This document shows, piece by piece, positions 50,058 to 63,000 of a stretch of 64,000 nucleotides of DNA. Origin of the DNA: Microthyrium microscopicum (taxonomy: Eukaryota); the NCBI GenBank assembly GCA_010405405.1, contig MU004237.1, forward strand, positions 1,313,345-1,377,344. The letters are read 5' to 3'. The stretch's first letter is position 1. Every line of letters starts with the position of its first letter. Below the pieces are notes generated by a model, which ran no database searches, had not been told where the DNA came from, and saw only the letters and a list, made by a program, of their open reading frames with translations. Made by a program: the position numbers and the translations under genes.

Positions 50058-52532
50058 TTACCCATACCTTCTGTCTCTCTGGACGATTCCTCCTCCATCT
50101 TCGTTTCCGAAAACCATTTGCAGGTGATTGCCCTGTGCAATGATACTAACCTTATTTTCGAACACGGAGACGGTACTGATTCCAGCTCCAGTGTTGCGCA
50201 ACTCATCCGCTCGGTCAGAATTTACCGCCAGCGCAGCAATTTCCGCGGGCTTACCCCAACTAGGCGTGGTGGGTGATTTTGTGCAAAGTAGATAAATCAC
50301 GTACGCTATAACAGTAGAAGAATACAAAAATAGCACCGTGATTGCGGCCTTTTGAGTTGCTCCATCAGTGGCATACGCATATCCATTGACAGTCGCTTCC
50401 AGCTGGAATTTTGTAGCTTGCGCCTGTTCGGCTGCGGTGACCACAAAAGCGTTGCCACCAAAGTCGATTCCTCCATTCTTTGAGAGAAGCTGCCTCCCAA
50501 AGTCGTTCGCTTGATTTCCAGCTAGTGAAAAGTTATAGTTGAGCCTGCCAATGCCGTTGGCAAGCAGAGCGGCGAGCATTTGTTCTAGAGCTGGTTCTGT
50601 ATTCTCAAGAAACTCTTGCGGTAGTGATTCGTTTGACCAAAGTCCTGCAGTTGCTGCCATTGTTTCGAAAATAGACGCATTCGTGCCTGAGATGATTGGA
50701 TTGAGGTACTTCGACCATGCTGCAGAAGGATATACCTTTGGAAGGTTCGTGCCGATAGTCCCAGCCCCTGTGTACTCCGTTGATTGAGCTACTTTGATAG
50801 CTGTTCTAAGAGTGTAAACAGTGGCATTGATGAATCTACTGTCCATACTACAGCAGTAGAGAGAATCCGATATGGAACCGGCAGCTGGGATAAATGCAGC
50901 AATGGCAAGAGTAGCATCAGCAGCTTGAAGCAACTTTGGATCATCTATCCAATATAGATTAGGCTTCGGAGCTGGGGAGGCTAATGCTTGCTGTATAAAG
51001 TTGGTAACGTTATGTGCAAGGCCATTAGAGGTATCGGAAACATTTCTGTTGAGGACGCCTAGCGCAGCATCTGGTTGAGTTCCGCCAGCGAGAGAAATAC
51101 TTCCTAAGACAGGAAAGGCGATGGTTGTTTGGTTTGAAGCAACGGGAATTCTAGTACAACGTGCGACTACCATGGGCTGAGGTGCGTTTACCGAGTGTGT
51201 GACATCCAAGAAAAATTTAAGATGCGAGGTTGAGTTCAAGGAAGCAAGATACCATCCCTTGGCTAACTCAGTCAGAGTGTCAGCAATAAATGATACTGGT
51301 ACAGTTGCAACTGTGTACGCATTCCGAAAGATGGTGTTGTTATTGCTTCGCGTAGAGCTACGAAGATCGCGAGTTGATTGTAAGGATTCGACTCGAACTG
51401 TTTCTGGAACCATGGCATCATTGAGCATACGAGGCCAAAACGATACGAGATTTTGGTTGATTGTTTCCCATGCTTCAGAAGGACAAGACGCATGGTAACC
51501 AGCAGTAATGCATCCTGTGAGGTTCTCGCTGTCGCTTATAACACTTGGAAATAATAACGATTCTGTTCCTCGAATCCAAAACGGGGTTCCACCTGCTCTC
51601 CAGTCCTGTAGGCGTGGCCGCATAAGTATAGCTGATGAAGGTCCCACAGATAATCCGAGAAGGGCAAAGATTATTATGCAGAAAATAATGCTGTTCACCT
51701 TTCGACGTGGCTTTTCGGCCTTTTTCGAGTACTTGATGGTTCCCCAGAACTCTGGAGACCAAAGAATGTCGATCGACTGGATTTGTTGTGGGCTAAAGAT
51801 CGCTCCAAATGGTAATCCACCATCCTTGACAGTGAGCTCCAGTCTGATTATGGTAACGAGTATAGACACAAGCGATGCTATCATTAGCAACTCGTGTAGC
51901 TTAGCTGCAAACTGTAAAGCAGCAAGCTTTTGAGGATCTTCTCCTTCGGCTCCAGATAGTTCACCTCCAATATAATAGTTGCCAAGGTTGAAAGCTAGAA
52001 GAACTATACATGCAAAGACAGGAACGAGATAGAATATACATCGTACTAGTCGGTGCTTCCAGGAGGTACCAATAACCAGCTTTTTCTCTTCTTTGATTTG
52101 CCATTTGCATATTTTAGCGATTATGTTGTAAACAATGGCTAGACCAATGGATTCGAATACGGCCGAAGTGTACCTCTGTCCTCTCGATTGAGAGCTTGAG
52201 CCGGTATCTGCTAGTGACTCGAGATCGGTGTGCCTTGAATTGGCCGTAAAATGCGATTTCTCTTCCTGGCTATCTTTACTAGCATTACGAGTTAAATCAT
52301 AATGCTCTAGTTGTGTGGCTTTGATGAAAGCTTACTCGCTAAGACTATCGTGTCTTTGACTGTCCATACCATGAAGAGTGTTCTGGATTGAGTCCGTTAA
52401 GCCAGTTTTGTCTTCAGCCTCCTGCATGTTGCCGGCCGTCTCTGTCGGGTTCGAACTTTGAGGTCCGTTGACTACCGAGTCATCCCTTGTGGTATCGATT
52501 GTGAGTTCACTGCTCTGGGTTGGAGTTGCCAT
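50058..52532 (-). CDS. Uncharacterised large fungal membrane glycoprotein (about 800 aa, 2 exons)
   Basis: Intron 52279-52335 joins ORF 52332..52532 to a frame reading LQFAAKLHELLMIASL, GLPFGA, VGPSSAILMRP. Several TM segments, many N-x-S/T sites and a C-terminal TM. Confidence 0.75.
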
Positions 52533-53708
52533 ATTGTAAAATCCGGTTAGGTTTGATGATTACATGTTTCCTTTCACAGGCAGAAAATAAGAAGAGATCA
52601 AATCAGTGTTCTACCCCGGCACAGGACCCAGGCTGCATTGTTCTAAACAGCAGTCTTCATGCGACGGACCCGACTGATAGCCGCCGTATCAGCAGAAGAG
52701 CCTCTGTTTCTTTCCTTGAACTTCATTGGACAACTCTGGCGAAGGACTTTGAATAGGCCGGTAATCTGATCAATATCGTTTCGATTCAGGAATGGTTCAC
52801 GGACTTACTCTTCGCTATTGTATTTTATGATTAACTCAACTGAGAGACAGGCTGTGTCTGTCTTGAATACACTGCATTATGAGGGATTGCCCGCAAAGAA
52901 AGCCATGAACAATGCCGGGCTCTTACAGGATGCGATCGGCTCGAGACTTGGGCATGGCAGCTCTGCCTCCCCAGGAAACAGAAAAGCATGGTTCAATAGC
53001 TGTCTTGAAACTGCACTCCTTACCCTCTCCAACGTGAAGAGAAGAGAGGAAAGAGGATCTAGGAACATGAGATAAGCAGGGATAGGTCTCGCCGCAATAC
53101 TTCAACTTTTTGAAACTGCAAGTGAATTGATAAGCTTTAGCCAATTGGAGAAGTGATTAAGACAGGCATCGCTAACGCCGTTGGTATCGTGGTGATATTT
53201 GACTGTCGACAGGCCTTCCGGTACAAATCCTAATTGGCCATGGACAGGAAACTGCGGCGCCCAATGCCTGGCGCGTCGCTGTTGTGAACTTGTGACGGCG
53301 GCAATTGCGGCGTGGCAGTCTAGAAATTCTCCGGCCACCTCTTCAGCAATTGAAGGCTATTGAGTGCGCTCATAGCAACATAAAGAAAAGGTAGGGGACA
53401 GAACAAAACTAGAAGATATGTCGTCGTAAAGGTGATGTTTGTTTCTTGTTAAGTTGTTACAACTTACGCGACCAGTAGTTGATTTTAAGCGCGCAAGCGC
53501 TGGCGCGTCGCGGCCCGGTCCTGATTTAGTGCAAAGCCAAGACTTTGACTGCCAACCAGCGTCGCTGTATGATGTTCAGGAGTTATCGCGATTCACATGC
53601 ACTCCGCCCTCTCAAAGCTGCCTAGCTCATACATTTAATGTTGCCTATGTATCTACAATAACCCTCTTCGATTGTCCATAGCACATATGTATTATATCTG
53701 ACGACCCT

Positions 53709-55143
53709 ATGCTTGGAAGGAGACCTCCCGCTGTTCTCGCGCTGGGAGTCACAGTGGCGATACTGCTCGCGATCGCTTTCTATGGACATTTCAACTTCTA
53801 TCGCGATCCAGGGAGCATCTTCTTCAATCCCAACCGTGCTTTGGAAAGAAAATACAGCATACAAAGAGAGCAAGAAGCCGTAGCATTCGAGGCTCAAGCT
53901 CATGCACTCCTCGACGGGAATGAGAACGCTGATGGAGTGTTTCCGAAAGCTGGTAGAGATCCGTTGATATGCGGAGTCTTTGTAACTATGGGCAGAGAGA
54001 CGCAAGGAGGCGTTCATCCACTCGAAGTAGAACTCCAGAAACCGCTTCCAATCCTCTGATGCTAATACAATGATAATAGCTAGCGGTGGCTAGTTCGCTG
54101 ACTGGTCTCGTCGAACCCGAACGATCCGACATCGATTTACAAGTTTACTTCGCCAATACCAATGCCTCTGAGCATCCTTTGTGGAATTCTTGGCTGCTCA
54201 AACTCGTAGATGGCTTCACCTCAGCACGACAGCTAGTAAGCGATTCGGAATTCAAGAATTTGGTCAAGCTGGAGAATGGAAAAGAGTTCTTCACAAAGTC
54301 TGCGTTCGATTTTCGCAACGCGATTCGCCATTGCTACAATGTCTCTTCGGCACCTTATATTGCTTTGCTTGAAGGAGACATTTTGCTCGCAGACGGCTGG
54401 TTCTCTCGATCAAAGCTAGCTTTACAGGACATTGTTGCACAAACCAAATCCATGGACCGCTGGTTAGATATGCGCCTGTTCAATGATGAGAAAGGAATTG
54501 GATATGATTCGACTACGCTATTTGGGAACAACGTGCCCATAATAATTCTTGGAGTTTCGATCACGTTATTCACTATTTTACAAGGTATTTCATTATATAA
54601 ATCTTTTATAGTCCTAGCTAACGATTTCCAGCGACCCGGGTGTATAGCGCAACCGGCAAGGCTTTTATCAGCAATGCTTTCATCTCAGTCATATGTTGTG
54701 TTACTGTCCCCCTGTTTGTAATCATGTTTTTCCAAACAGGAAAGAGCTCAGTATTTACCCCTGCGCCTGGAGTATCTGTCCAAAACTGGGGATGCTGCTC
54801 TCAAGCTATCATCATGCCTCGCGAGAGAGCAATAGGATTGGCAGAGCTGATTGCTGAACAAGCTGGGGGCCCACCAGACATGTCGATCAACGATTACGCT
54901 TCTCGAAATGAGCTAAAGAGGTTTGTACTCAATCCAGTACAGGTGCAACACATAGGTGAGAGCCATCTTTCTCCACCTAGAGTCAATTTGCTAATCATAT
55001 TTCTAGGGTTCCGGTCTCTACTCACGCCAGAGAGATTAAAAACAGAATCTGTCTGGAGTGTTGCATTCGAGGATCTGGACCCTGGAAAGCTAGCAAACGA
55101 ACACAAAAAGATGGCAGAGCAACTGTACGGTCCCTTGAGTTGA
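53709..55143 (+). CDS. Type II membrane glycosyltransferase-like protein (PGAP4/MGAT4-like architecture), 4 exons
   Basis: N-terminal TM plus FYRDPGSIFF; YIALLEGDILLADGW (DxD-like); WLDMRLF; internal TM hairpin; CCSQA; VQHIG. Confidence 0.7.
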
Positions 55144-56622
55144 GAAAGCAGACAAGAACCATTCGCGGGTTGAACGATATACGGCGATTGCTATGATCGT
55201 CTTCGAGATCTGTGATCCACTCGTCCCCAATCCAGACTCAATGCGAGGCATAGCTTATGCACTTCAGAGGTCTGTAGAAGTTTGCCCCTTGTTCATGCAG
55301 ACATTTCTGTGACCAATGGTACCTCCGCCTGCCAACCCATGAGAGCTCATGTTCTTTCCACCTAGACTCAGAACTATATAATGGACACAACAGCGCTGAC
55401 TTCGGGAGAGACTCGGAGACCTCTCGTCAGAAGGCTACAGCATGCTCGTGGAAATCATGATTCAAGGCATGGATTTCCAACACGGTCAAATGGTGGAAGA
55501 TGTGAGAAGCTTTTCCATCAGCAGACACTTCTCACGTAGTTTCAGGATGTACACTCAACTTGACCTTTCGTCAATTCGGAGTTCTCGTTCTACCAGCTGT
55601 TTTTCTCAGCCATGTCATTGTTACTGGCTTGCTATACATCTTCATTAATATACGCATCACGGCTCTTAAGGACATCAATACAATGGACATAATTCCCATG
55701 TATAGTCAATGCCTAAGGCTTTCACAATGCCACACATTGTATAAAATAGAACTACTCAATTTGCAAAGTTCAACTAAGGACATCATCAATACCAAGAAGA
55801 TAACATCTCTTCATACAAGTACTTTGCCCTAGGAGCTCGGACTGGATTCAACTGGTTCAGCCTGAATGCGGAAGAAGGGTCCAGCTTTTGGAGACCGTTA
55901 TGGCAGCATATACATCCCACAACTGTGTCGGCGAGACACTTGATCAATCCAGTCTGAACATTGCTAAAACAACGAGAGACTCTTATCATTTTTCATTCCC
56001 CTTTCAATGTTATTGTTTGCTCCTGGACAATTCTAGATTCCTAGCATCCTCATGTTATGACCACGCGAATCGACATTTCTGTTATGATACTTGGAAAGAG
56101 CTATATTTCGGGTTGCATTTAAGGTTTCCCTTGCAAGCATTTGCCAACACGAACAGCCGCATCTTGGCATAAAACTCGCCGCATCTTTAAGGGGTTCTAT
56201 TCAATGTCATTGGTTCGTAACACCACAAATCGTTCTGTCCTTGAACAAGGCTGTCTTGTGTTCGGGTATTTAACGCCACACCGTAAATTTCTCCTTGATG
56301 CCAAGCTATAGACTTTGTACTTTTAGCCAATGGCTCAGCAGGCGTGACTGTAATTACATATGTACTGTATAAACAATGCGAAATACGAGTGTATGGGTTG
56401 TCTTTGACCGGACGGCACGACGGTATTGTAGAGAATATGGGGCTGATATTGAAATCCTATGACAGCCACCAAGGGATCGTGGTACAGACTGAGCTTGCCA
56501 CCAGAAAGCCGCTCTCTCGTGCCGTGAAAGGTAAGAGGAATATGACTGTATAAATCATGTTGTGCTCCCTGCGTGGTGCGCAGGTTTTAGCAGTCAATCG
56601 CTAACAGTCATTCGTTTTTGGT

Positions 56623-58223
56623 ATGAAGTCATTCGTTTTTCTAGCCGTCGCAGCTGGTGAGTCTCCCATACATCATAGAGATATCTGCATACTACCGTGA
56701 TGACTGACATGACTTGATAGGTGTCGCTATCGCATCTCCAGCTGCGCAGACCAACAAGTGCAAAAGTTGGTGTGACAACACTGATTATCCCGAGCAATGT
56801 GTTTCTGAGTCAAACAACCTCGCTGGGCCCTGTTGTGAATGTGGCCCATATAAAACTATCACAAGCATGAAGTTATGCGATGGGCTATGTGCCGACACGA
56901 GCTCAGATGTGAAAAACTGTGGCTCTTGCGATAACTGGGTTTGTCTGACTGTTTGAGAAGACTTCAAGAAGGCTTGCTGATGCAGACCAGTGTAATTCGA
57001 ATCAGGTTTGCAGCAGTGGCAAATGCGTCAAGAAGACCGCTTCCTCTGCGAAACCTTCAAGTACATCTAGTGTCATCAAATTTGCGTCTGCTTCCTCGCC
57101 AGCAACTTTGTCAACTTCTTTGGCCTCATCTAAGCCGTTGAGCTCGGCACTTCCATCGTCAGTTAAAGCTTCGAGCTCAGTGATGATTAGCAAATCGTCT
57201 TCTGTGTCGCTGCAAGTATCGTCGTCCGCGAAACTATCAACTTCGACAAAATCTTCCACGATCTCGAGCCAGCTTCCCTCTTCAACAAAGCCAACGAGCT
57301 CTTCAGCAACCAGCAAGTCGTCAGCCGTACCCACGAGCTCCTCGCTGTCACCAGCACAATCCTCAAGCTCCACCAGCTCCACCAACTCCAAGTCATCTTC
57401 ATCTACCACCGTATCCTCATCCTCCCCCCAACCAACATCCATATGCACCCCAGCTCCCGCTCCCCCCGTAACCTTCACCCAAGTTGGCAGCGGCGGCCAA
57501 GGATGTAACTACAACGACGCATCCCGCTACCGACAATTCAGCGGAGTTCTCAAATCAATCCAAACCCTCAACGACATCTGCGCCGCCGACCGCATATGCA
57601 GAGGCTGGGCCGAAACAGCCTACCTAGGAACATCCAACGGCAACGTGCCCATGCACACCGACGTCTGGCTATTCCTCGGCCCCTACAACGCATCTGAGTT
57701 CATCTGCTCCGACGACCCTGCCCCAGATCCATACATGTCGACTTCGGAGTACTTTATCGACGACTACACACCGCCGACGGTGTATGATGATAACGGCAGT
57801 TTTGAAACGGGGTGTTTTGCGCATTGGACTGATAGCTCGTATTCTGTATCGAACGGGAGTGTGGTTGCGTGTAATAAAGGTTTGTCGGGAGATTGTGTTG
57901 ATGGGAATAATTACTATGAGATCAAGGGCGATGGGTCGAGTTTTGTGAATAATCAGTTTGCGTGGCCGGCTACTGTTAGTTATTTGCCGGCGATTCCGGA
58001 CTCGGGGAGCTATAAGTTTTCGTTCTGGGTAAAGGGGACAAGTGGGAAGTTCCAGGTTGCATATGGAGCTGCTACTACGTTCGTGACTGGTATGGCTACG
58101 GGGCAGTGGGTGAAGAAGGAGATTACTTGGACGGGGTATCCAGGGAAGCCGATTTATTTTGAGTTTAATGCGCCGGGTGTTTTTGACTGGAAGGTGGATG
58201 GGTTGACGATCGTGAAGGTTTAG
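56623..58223 (+). CDS. Secreted protein: Cys-rich (Stig1-like) N-domain, Ser/Thr stalk, C-terminal CBM-like beta-sandwich (3 exons)
   Basis: Signal peptide MKSFVFLAVAAGVAIA; introns 56657-56720 and 56939-56990; LCDGLCADTSSDVKNCGSCDNW/CNSNQVCSSGKC; NGSFETG...YKFSFWVKG...WKVDGLTIVKV. Confidence 0.8.
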
Positions 58224-59269
58224 ATCAAGGTCTAAGGTCTAGATTGCTTCCGAATTAAGGTATGGAGTGCTGAAATATCGCAAGAGCGCATACATTTTGT
58301 CACAACGCCAAAAGCGGTATTGGCAATGGGATCATGGATGCAGGATTTGGTCCGTCAAGAGCAAAGAGCTGTTGGAATATGGTTGCAGACTAAGCAGTTT
58401 TATGGAAGGAATCCCAGGGTCGTTGTTTACATCTTGATCGCGACTTCCAACTTCACATGATGGTTGCCACGCGAGTGTTGATGGTCTTTCAACGACAAGA
58501 CTACATCGATTGTGAACATACCTGTGTCTACGAGGAGTGAATGCTTCTGATGCAGCAGCTATATTGCTGTTTACATATTATCCAATTTTGAGCAGTTCTT
58601 GCTTCTCGTGAACGAACCTTTCTCCCGTCGGCAATGCTTGCCATCGTCTTCGGGTATATAGCAACAGCTTTACATATCTGCGGTATGAAAGAAGAGATCG
58701 TGCGATGTAAGAAGATATCAAGGAAGCTCGCAACAGTTCACGATGGGAGGTTAGGTTGGTTGTCAAAGGAAATGAGTTTCCGCATGAGATGGAGTAAAGT
58801 TCCCCTTGAGTCTGGCGTTGACTCACACTTGTGACCAACAGCTTCATTTGGCGGGTTGGCTCCCGGGTTGGATCCCATTCAAGAAATCCGCTGTGGCGAT
58901 GACGAAAGAGGCTAAATATTTAGGAGTTTTCCAAACGCGTGGTCTTTGCTTGGAAATAAACTGAAAAGTAGGCGCCGGTCACGGGTGTTCTTACTCGTCC
59001 GCTTAATGGTTTTCTTCACGCCACCAATTTCTTATTGCTTTCGGTTTGGTCAGAACAGCGAGTCGTAAAAGTGGCGGTTGATGCCGCCAAACTGGCAAAG
59101 ATTTGGTCATTATTTACCTTACATTTCCCATCTCATGGTGGCAGGGTTCACACCGTGCCGCCAAGGCGCAAATTTGCGTCTTGGCGCGAATTACCTATTC
59201 GGGTTAGTTCATGCAGATATCTAGAAATCTAATGCCGCCAAGACTTTTTAAAACGGCAGGCGCTAGTCT

Positions 59270-60063
59270 AGAATAGGAAGGAATACCCTGTATTATTATT
59301 ATAAATTACTAAGAATAGAAATAGCAAACCACTAGAACTCCCTATCTACTACCCAAATTAGAAGCTACTCTTTATCCGTCTCTCTATCTACATCTATCTC
59401 TAAGTTCTACCCTTTCTATTTAGGTAGAGTTATACCCTCCCTACGTGCCTATTATACCCCCTTAATCTAGGCCTCCTCCTCTACGACTTTCTTTACATCT
59501 TATTTAGTAGCAGTCCTCTTAGTTTTAGGCTTCTTCTCCTTCCTATTTAGGACACGCTTATTAATATAAATTACCTAAAGCTTGCTTATTTTAGCTACAT
59601 TTAGGCGGTTACGTAAAGTATTATAAATTAGATTCTAAATTAAGAAGGCGCGCTTAGAGGGATAGGAAGTAGCTAGGGTAACCATTAGGCAGTAGGCTAC
59701 TTTCGCAATTAGTACCTAGTAGAGAGCTTTAGCTATAGTAAGCTAGAATAGCTTATTATTATAGGCTTAATTCTTCTAAAAGGAGGAGTTGCAAATTTAG
59801 GGTCCTACTTAGCAATAGAAGAGATCTATTTAAAGAAGGCCCTCCTTAGCAGATATTCCCTACCCTTCCTAGAAGTTACTAATAAGCACTTATACTTCTA
59901 TAGTATTATAGGTAGGAATCTCTCTCTTAACCTAATATAAGTCTAAACGAAGTAAGTACGCTACTATATACTTAATAGTAACCTACTCTTTATAGCAAGT
60001 ATTAAAGATAGCGCTTACCTAATTAAGTAAGAGCTAGTTAGGGTGTTTTTATAAGAAGGCTAC
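59270..60063. mobile_element. RIP-degraded repeat remnant, family unresolved
   Basis: Abrupt loss of ORFs and of CpA/TpG with TpA excess from about 59270; more GC-rich than the adjacent element. Confidence 0.6.
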
Positions 60064-63000
60064 TGTAAGGAATCCTTACAGGTTTAGTGTTATAGTGTTT
60101 AGATACAGAGATCTAATCTTGTAGATAAGATCTCTTTATCTTGTTTAGAGTTAGTGTATCTAAGGATTCCTTAGGCCCTATATCTTTGTATCTATAGTTA
60201 TATCTCTAGATCTCTTCTCTTTATACTTAGATCCTATAATACTAGCTACTTTTTGCTTGCTTATCGCGCCTATTAGCTCTTTATATAATCTAAGTACCTC
60301 TATATTAAATTTTATACTCTACGTATATTTTATATATTATTAATAAATGTGTAGAGGCGTTTAATGATTCCTATTAGATTACTATAGTTATGCTATAGAT
60401 CTAACTAATTAATATTTAGCAATACTACCCTTAATTAGAATTAGTATTATTAAAGGTACTAGCAAATTTGTAAATACTAACTAGAGTAATGTAAATTTAG
60501 CGTTATTTATTAGAATAAAGACTACTTAGAGGCCTAAGCTTTGCCTTGTAGTATTCTTCTTAAATCTATAGAGGCGTTTATACTACTTCCTTTTTATTAA
60601 CTAAAAAATATACTTACCTTATTCCTTATTAAATCTATATCTATTAATTTATTAAATTAGTTTTAATTTATTAAGAAATACTATATTATTTAGCTACGTA
60701 TTACTATAAGTAAGGCGCTACTTATTTTTAGTCTTAAACTAGCATCCTTAAGTAACTCTTATATTACTTATAAGCGTAGTAGCGTTAGTATTTAAAGTTA
60801 CTTAGTTTTACTCTATTATAGTAGAGATAGCTATTTTGCTAAAAAGCTAGTTATTCTAAATATAAGAACTAATTAATAGTTTATTATTATATTAACGCTA
60901 TAGTAAAAGAGTATCCTAATAGTTAAATCTATTAAAAAGTTACCTCTATTACTTAAAGTAGCTTTAGATAATAAAGATAAAGAATTTCTTTATTAAAATA
61001 CTTAAGTTAGTATTAATATTTAATAACTTTATAAGATCGTTACTAGACTATTAACTATAATATCTATTACGCTAGTAAGCGTAATAAAAAAGCTAGGATT
61101 AAAAAGTAAAGAGGTATTAACCTTTAGTGCTATTATTAGTAGTCTACTAAATAAAGGCACGTTAAAAGTAAGATTACTTATTAATGTCTACTAGTATTAG
61201 CTAGAATTATTAGTATATAAAAAAGAACCTTATAACGTTTCTATATTATTTCTATTCTATCTACCTTTAGAACTAGTAGACCTTAATAGTAAAGTTATAT
61301 TACTTACTAGCATAAAGCCTTTATTTATATAGGTATTATATAGAGTTAAACTAAAGGTAAAAAAATAGATATTAGTAGTTCTTTAAGATAATCTTAATAA
61401 TTTTACTACTCTCTAGAAATATTATATATTAATATCTAATAGTAAGTATCTAGACTAATATATTAAGTTTATAGAAAAAGATTAATTCTTTAAATAACTA
61501 TATATTACGTTAGTAATTAATTAAACTATAGCATTATATTACTAGTTTACTTAAAAACTTTAAGATTAGCTAATAGAAGAACTTATAAACGCTAACGTAG
61601 AAGTAGGTTAATTAGGTAAATTAGTAGATATACTATAGGAAGAGGTAGCTATCTATTAGTAGATAATAATAAATCTTAAAGCGCTTACTAGCTAAATTTA
61701 TTATAATTATAAGCTAGTACTAACTATTATTTGTTTAAATAAATAAGCTACTCTTACTAAATTAGTAAAGAAGCATAATACTAATTTATAATATTATAAG
61801 TTAGTTATTAATCTTTACTACTAAATCTAAGAACTTAAGAATAGACTTTAGATAAATTTAAACTAAGCCTATATTAACCTAGATAATTTAGAAAATAATA
61901 TCTTTTTAGGTTACTTTATATTATAAGTAGTATATTTAGTAGTTTTATACTTATAGCTTTAAGCTTAAGGAATATGCTATATTTTACTATTATTAGTAGC
62001 TAATAGTAGCTCTCTAGTAATACTTATAAAGTTTAAAAAACTTAGTAATTTTAAAGGTAAACCTATATACTATAAATAGTAGAAGGAGAAGATATTAGAT
62101 ATACTTCTTAATAAGAATATATACCTTTATGTTCCTATTAAAAAGAAGAAGATTAAGTTTATTTATATCTATTATATTAGCTTTACTTATAGTATTATAA
62201 TTATATATAGAGGTTATAAGTTAAAGGATCCTTATAGTACTATAGAAGAGATATAGGTAGACCTAGATAGATATTATTACTCTAAGAACGCTTTTAAAGA
62301 TACTAAGGTATAGCTAAAGTCCTTAAATACTAAAATAAAAGATATAGAAAGTCTTTAAGCCTTTATTAGCTACTTCTTAATAAATTTAGTAGATATAGAA
62401 CTATCTAAGCGTAAGAAGATTATTAAATTATAAAATCTTATTAATTATAAGTTTATAGACTTACTAGTAAACTAGTATTTTAGTAGCTTTACTATATTTT
62501 ATGCTTAACTTTACTTAGTTATATGCTAAATTAACTATAAGCTTATAGCTATAAATAATAACTTTTATAGCTATAATAATAATTAGTCTACTAATAAAGA
62601 GGCCTAAAATAATAAAACTAGTAACGTTAACTATTTTATAGACGTCTTTAATGCCTTAAAAATAAATAAATATTATATTTATTATAGTTAAAAGGGTTAT
62701 TACTACTTTAATAAGACTACTCTATATAAAGATTAGGAACCTTTATCTAATAATAAGATTAAAGCTTTAGTTATACCTTTAATAATAATATTTATAAAAG
62801 TTTAAAAAGAATAGTAACCCTTTATAGAAGATACTACTAAGGATAATAATTATTAGTCTTTAAATTAGATGCTTCTTTATTAAGTTATAAGGAGGAGCTA
62901 AATAAGACTAAAGCGTATAATAAAAGAAAGAAATATACCTTTAATATTAATACTAAGTACGTAAAGGATATATTTTGTTATTATAATAAAGAGTAGTATT

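Noticed and set aside
59159..59224. Helitron 3' end (hairpin plus CTAG)
   Set aside because: The CTAG is about 35 nt from the hairpin, further than typical, and no Rep/helicase remnant is seen.
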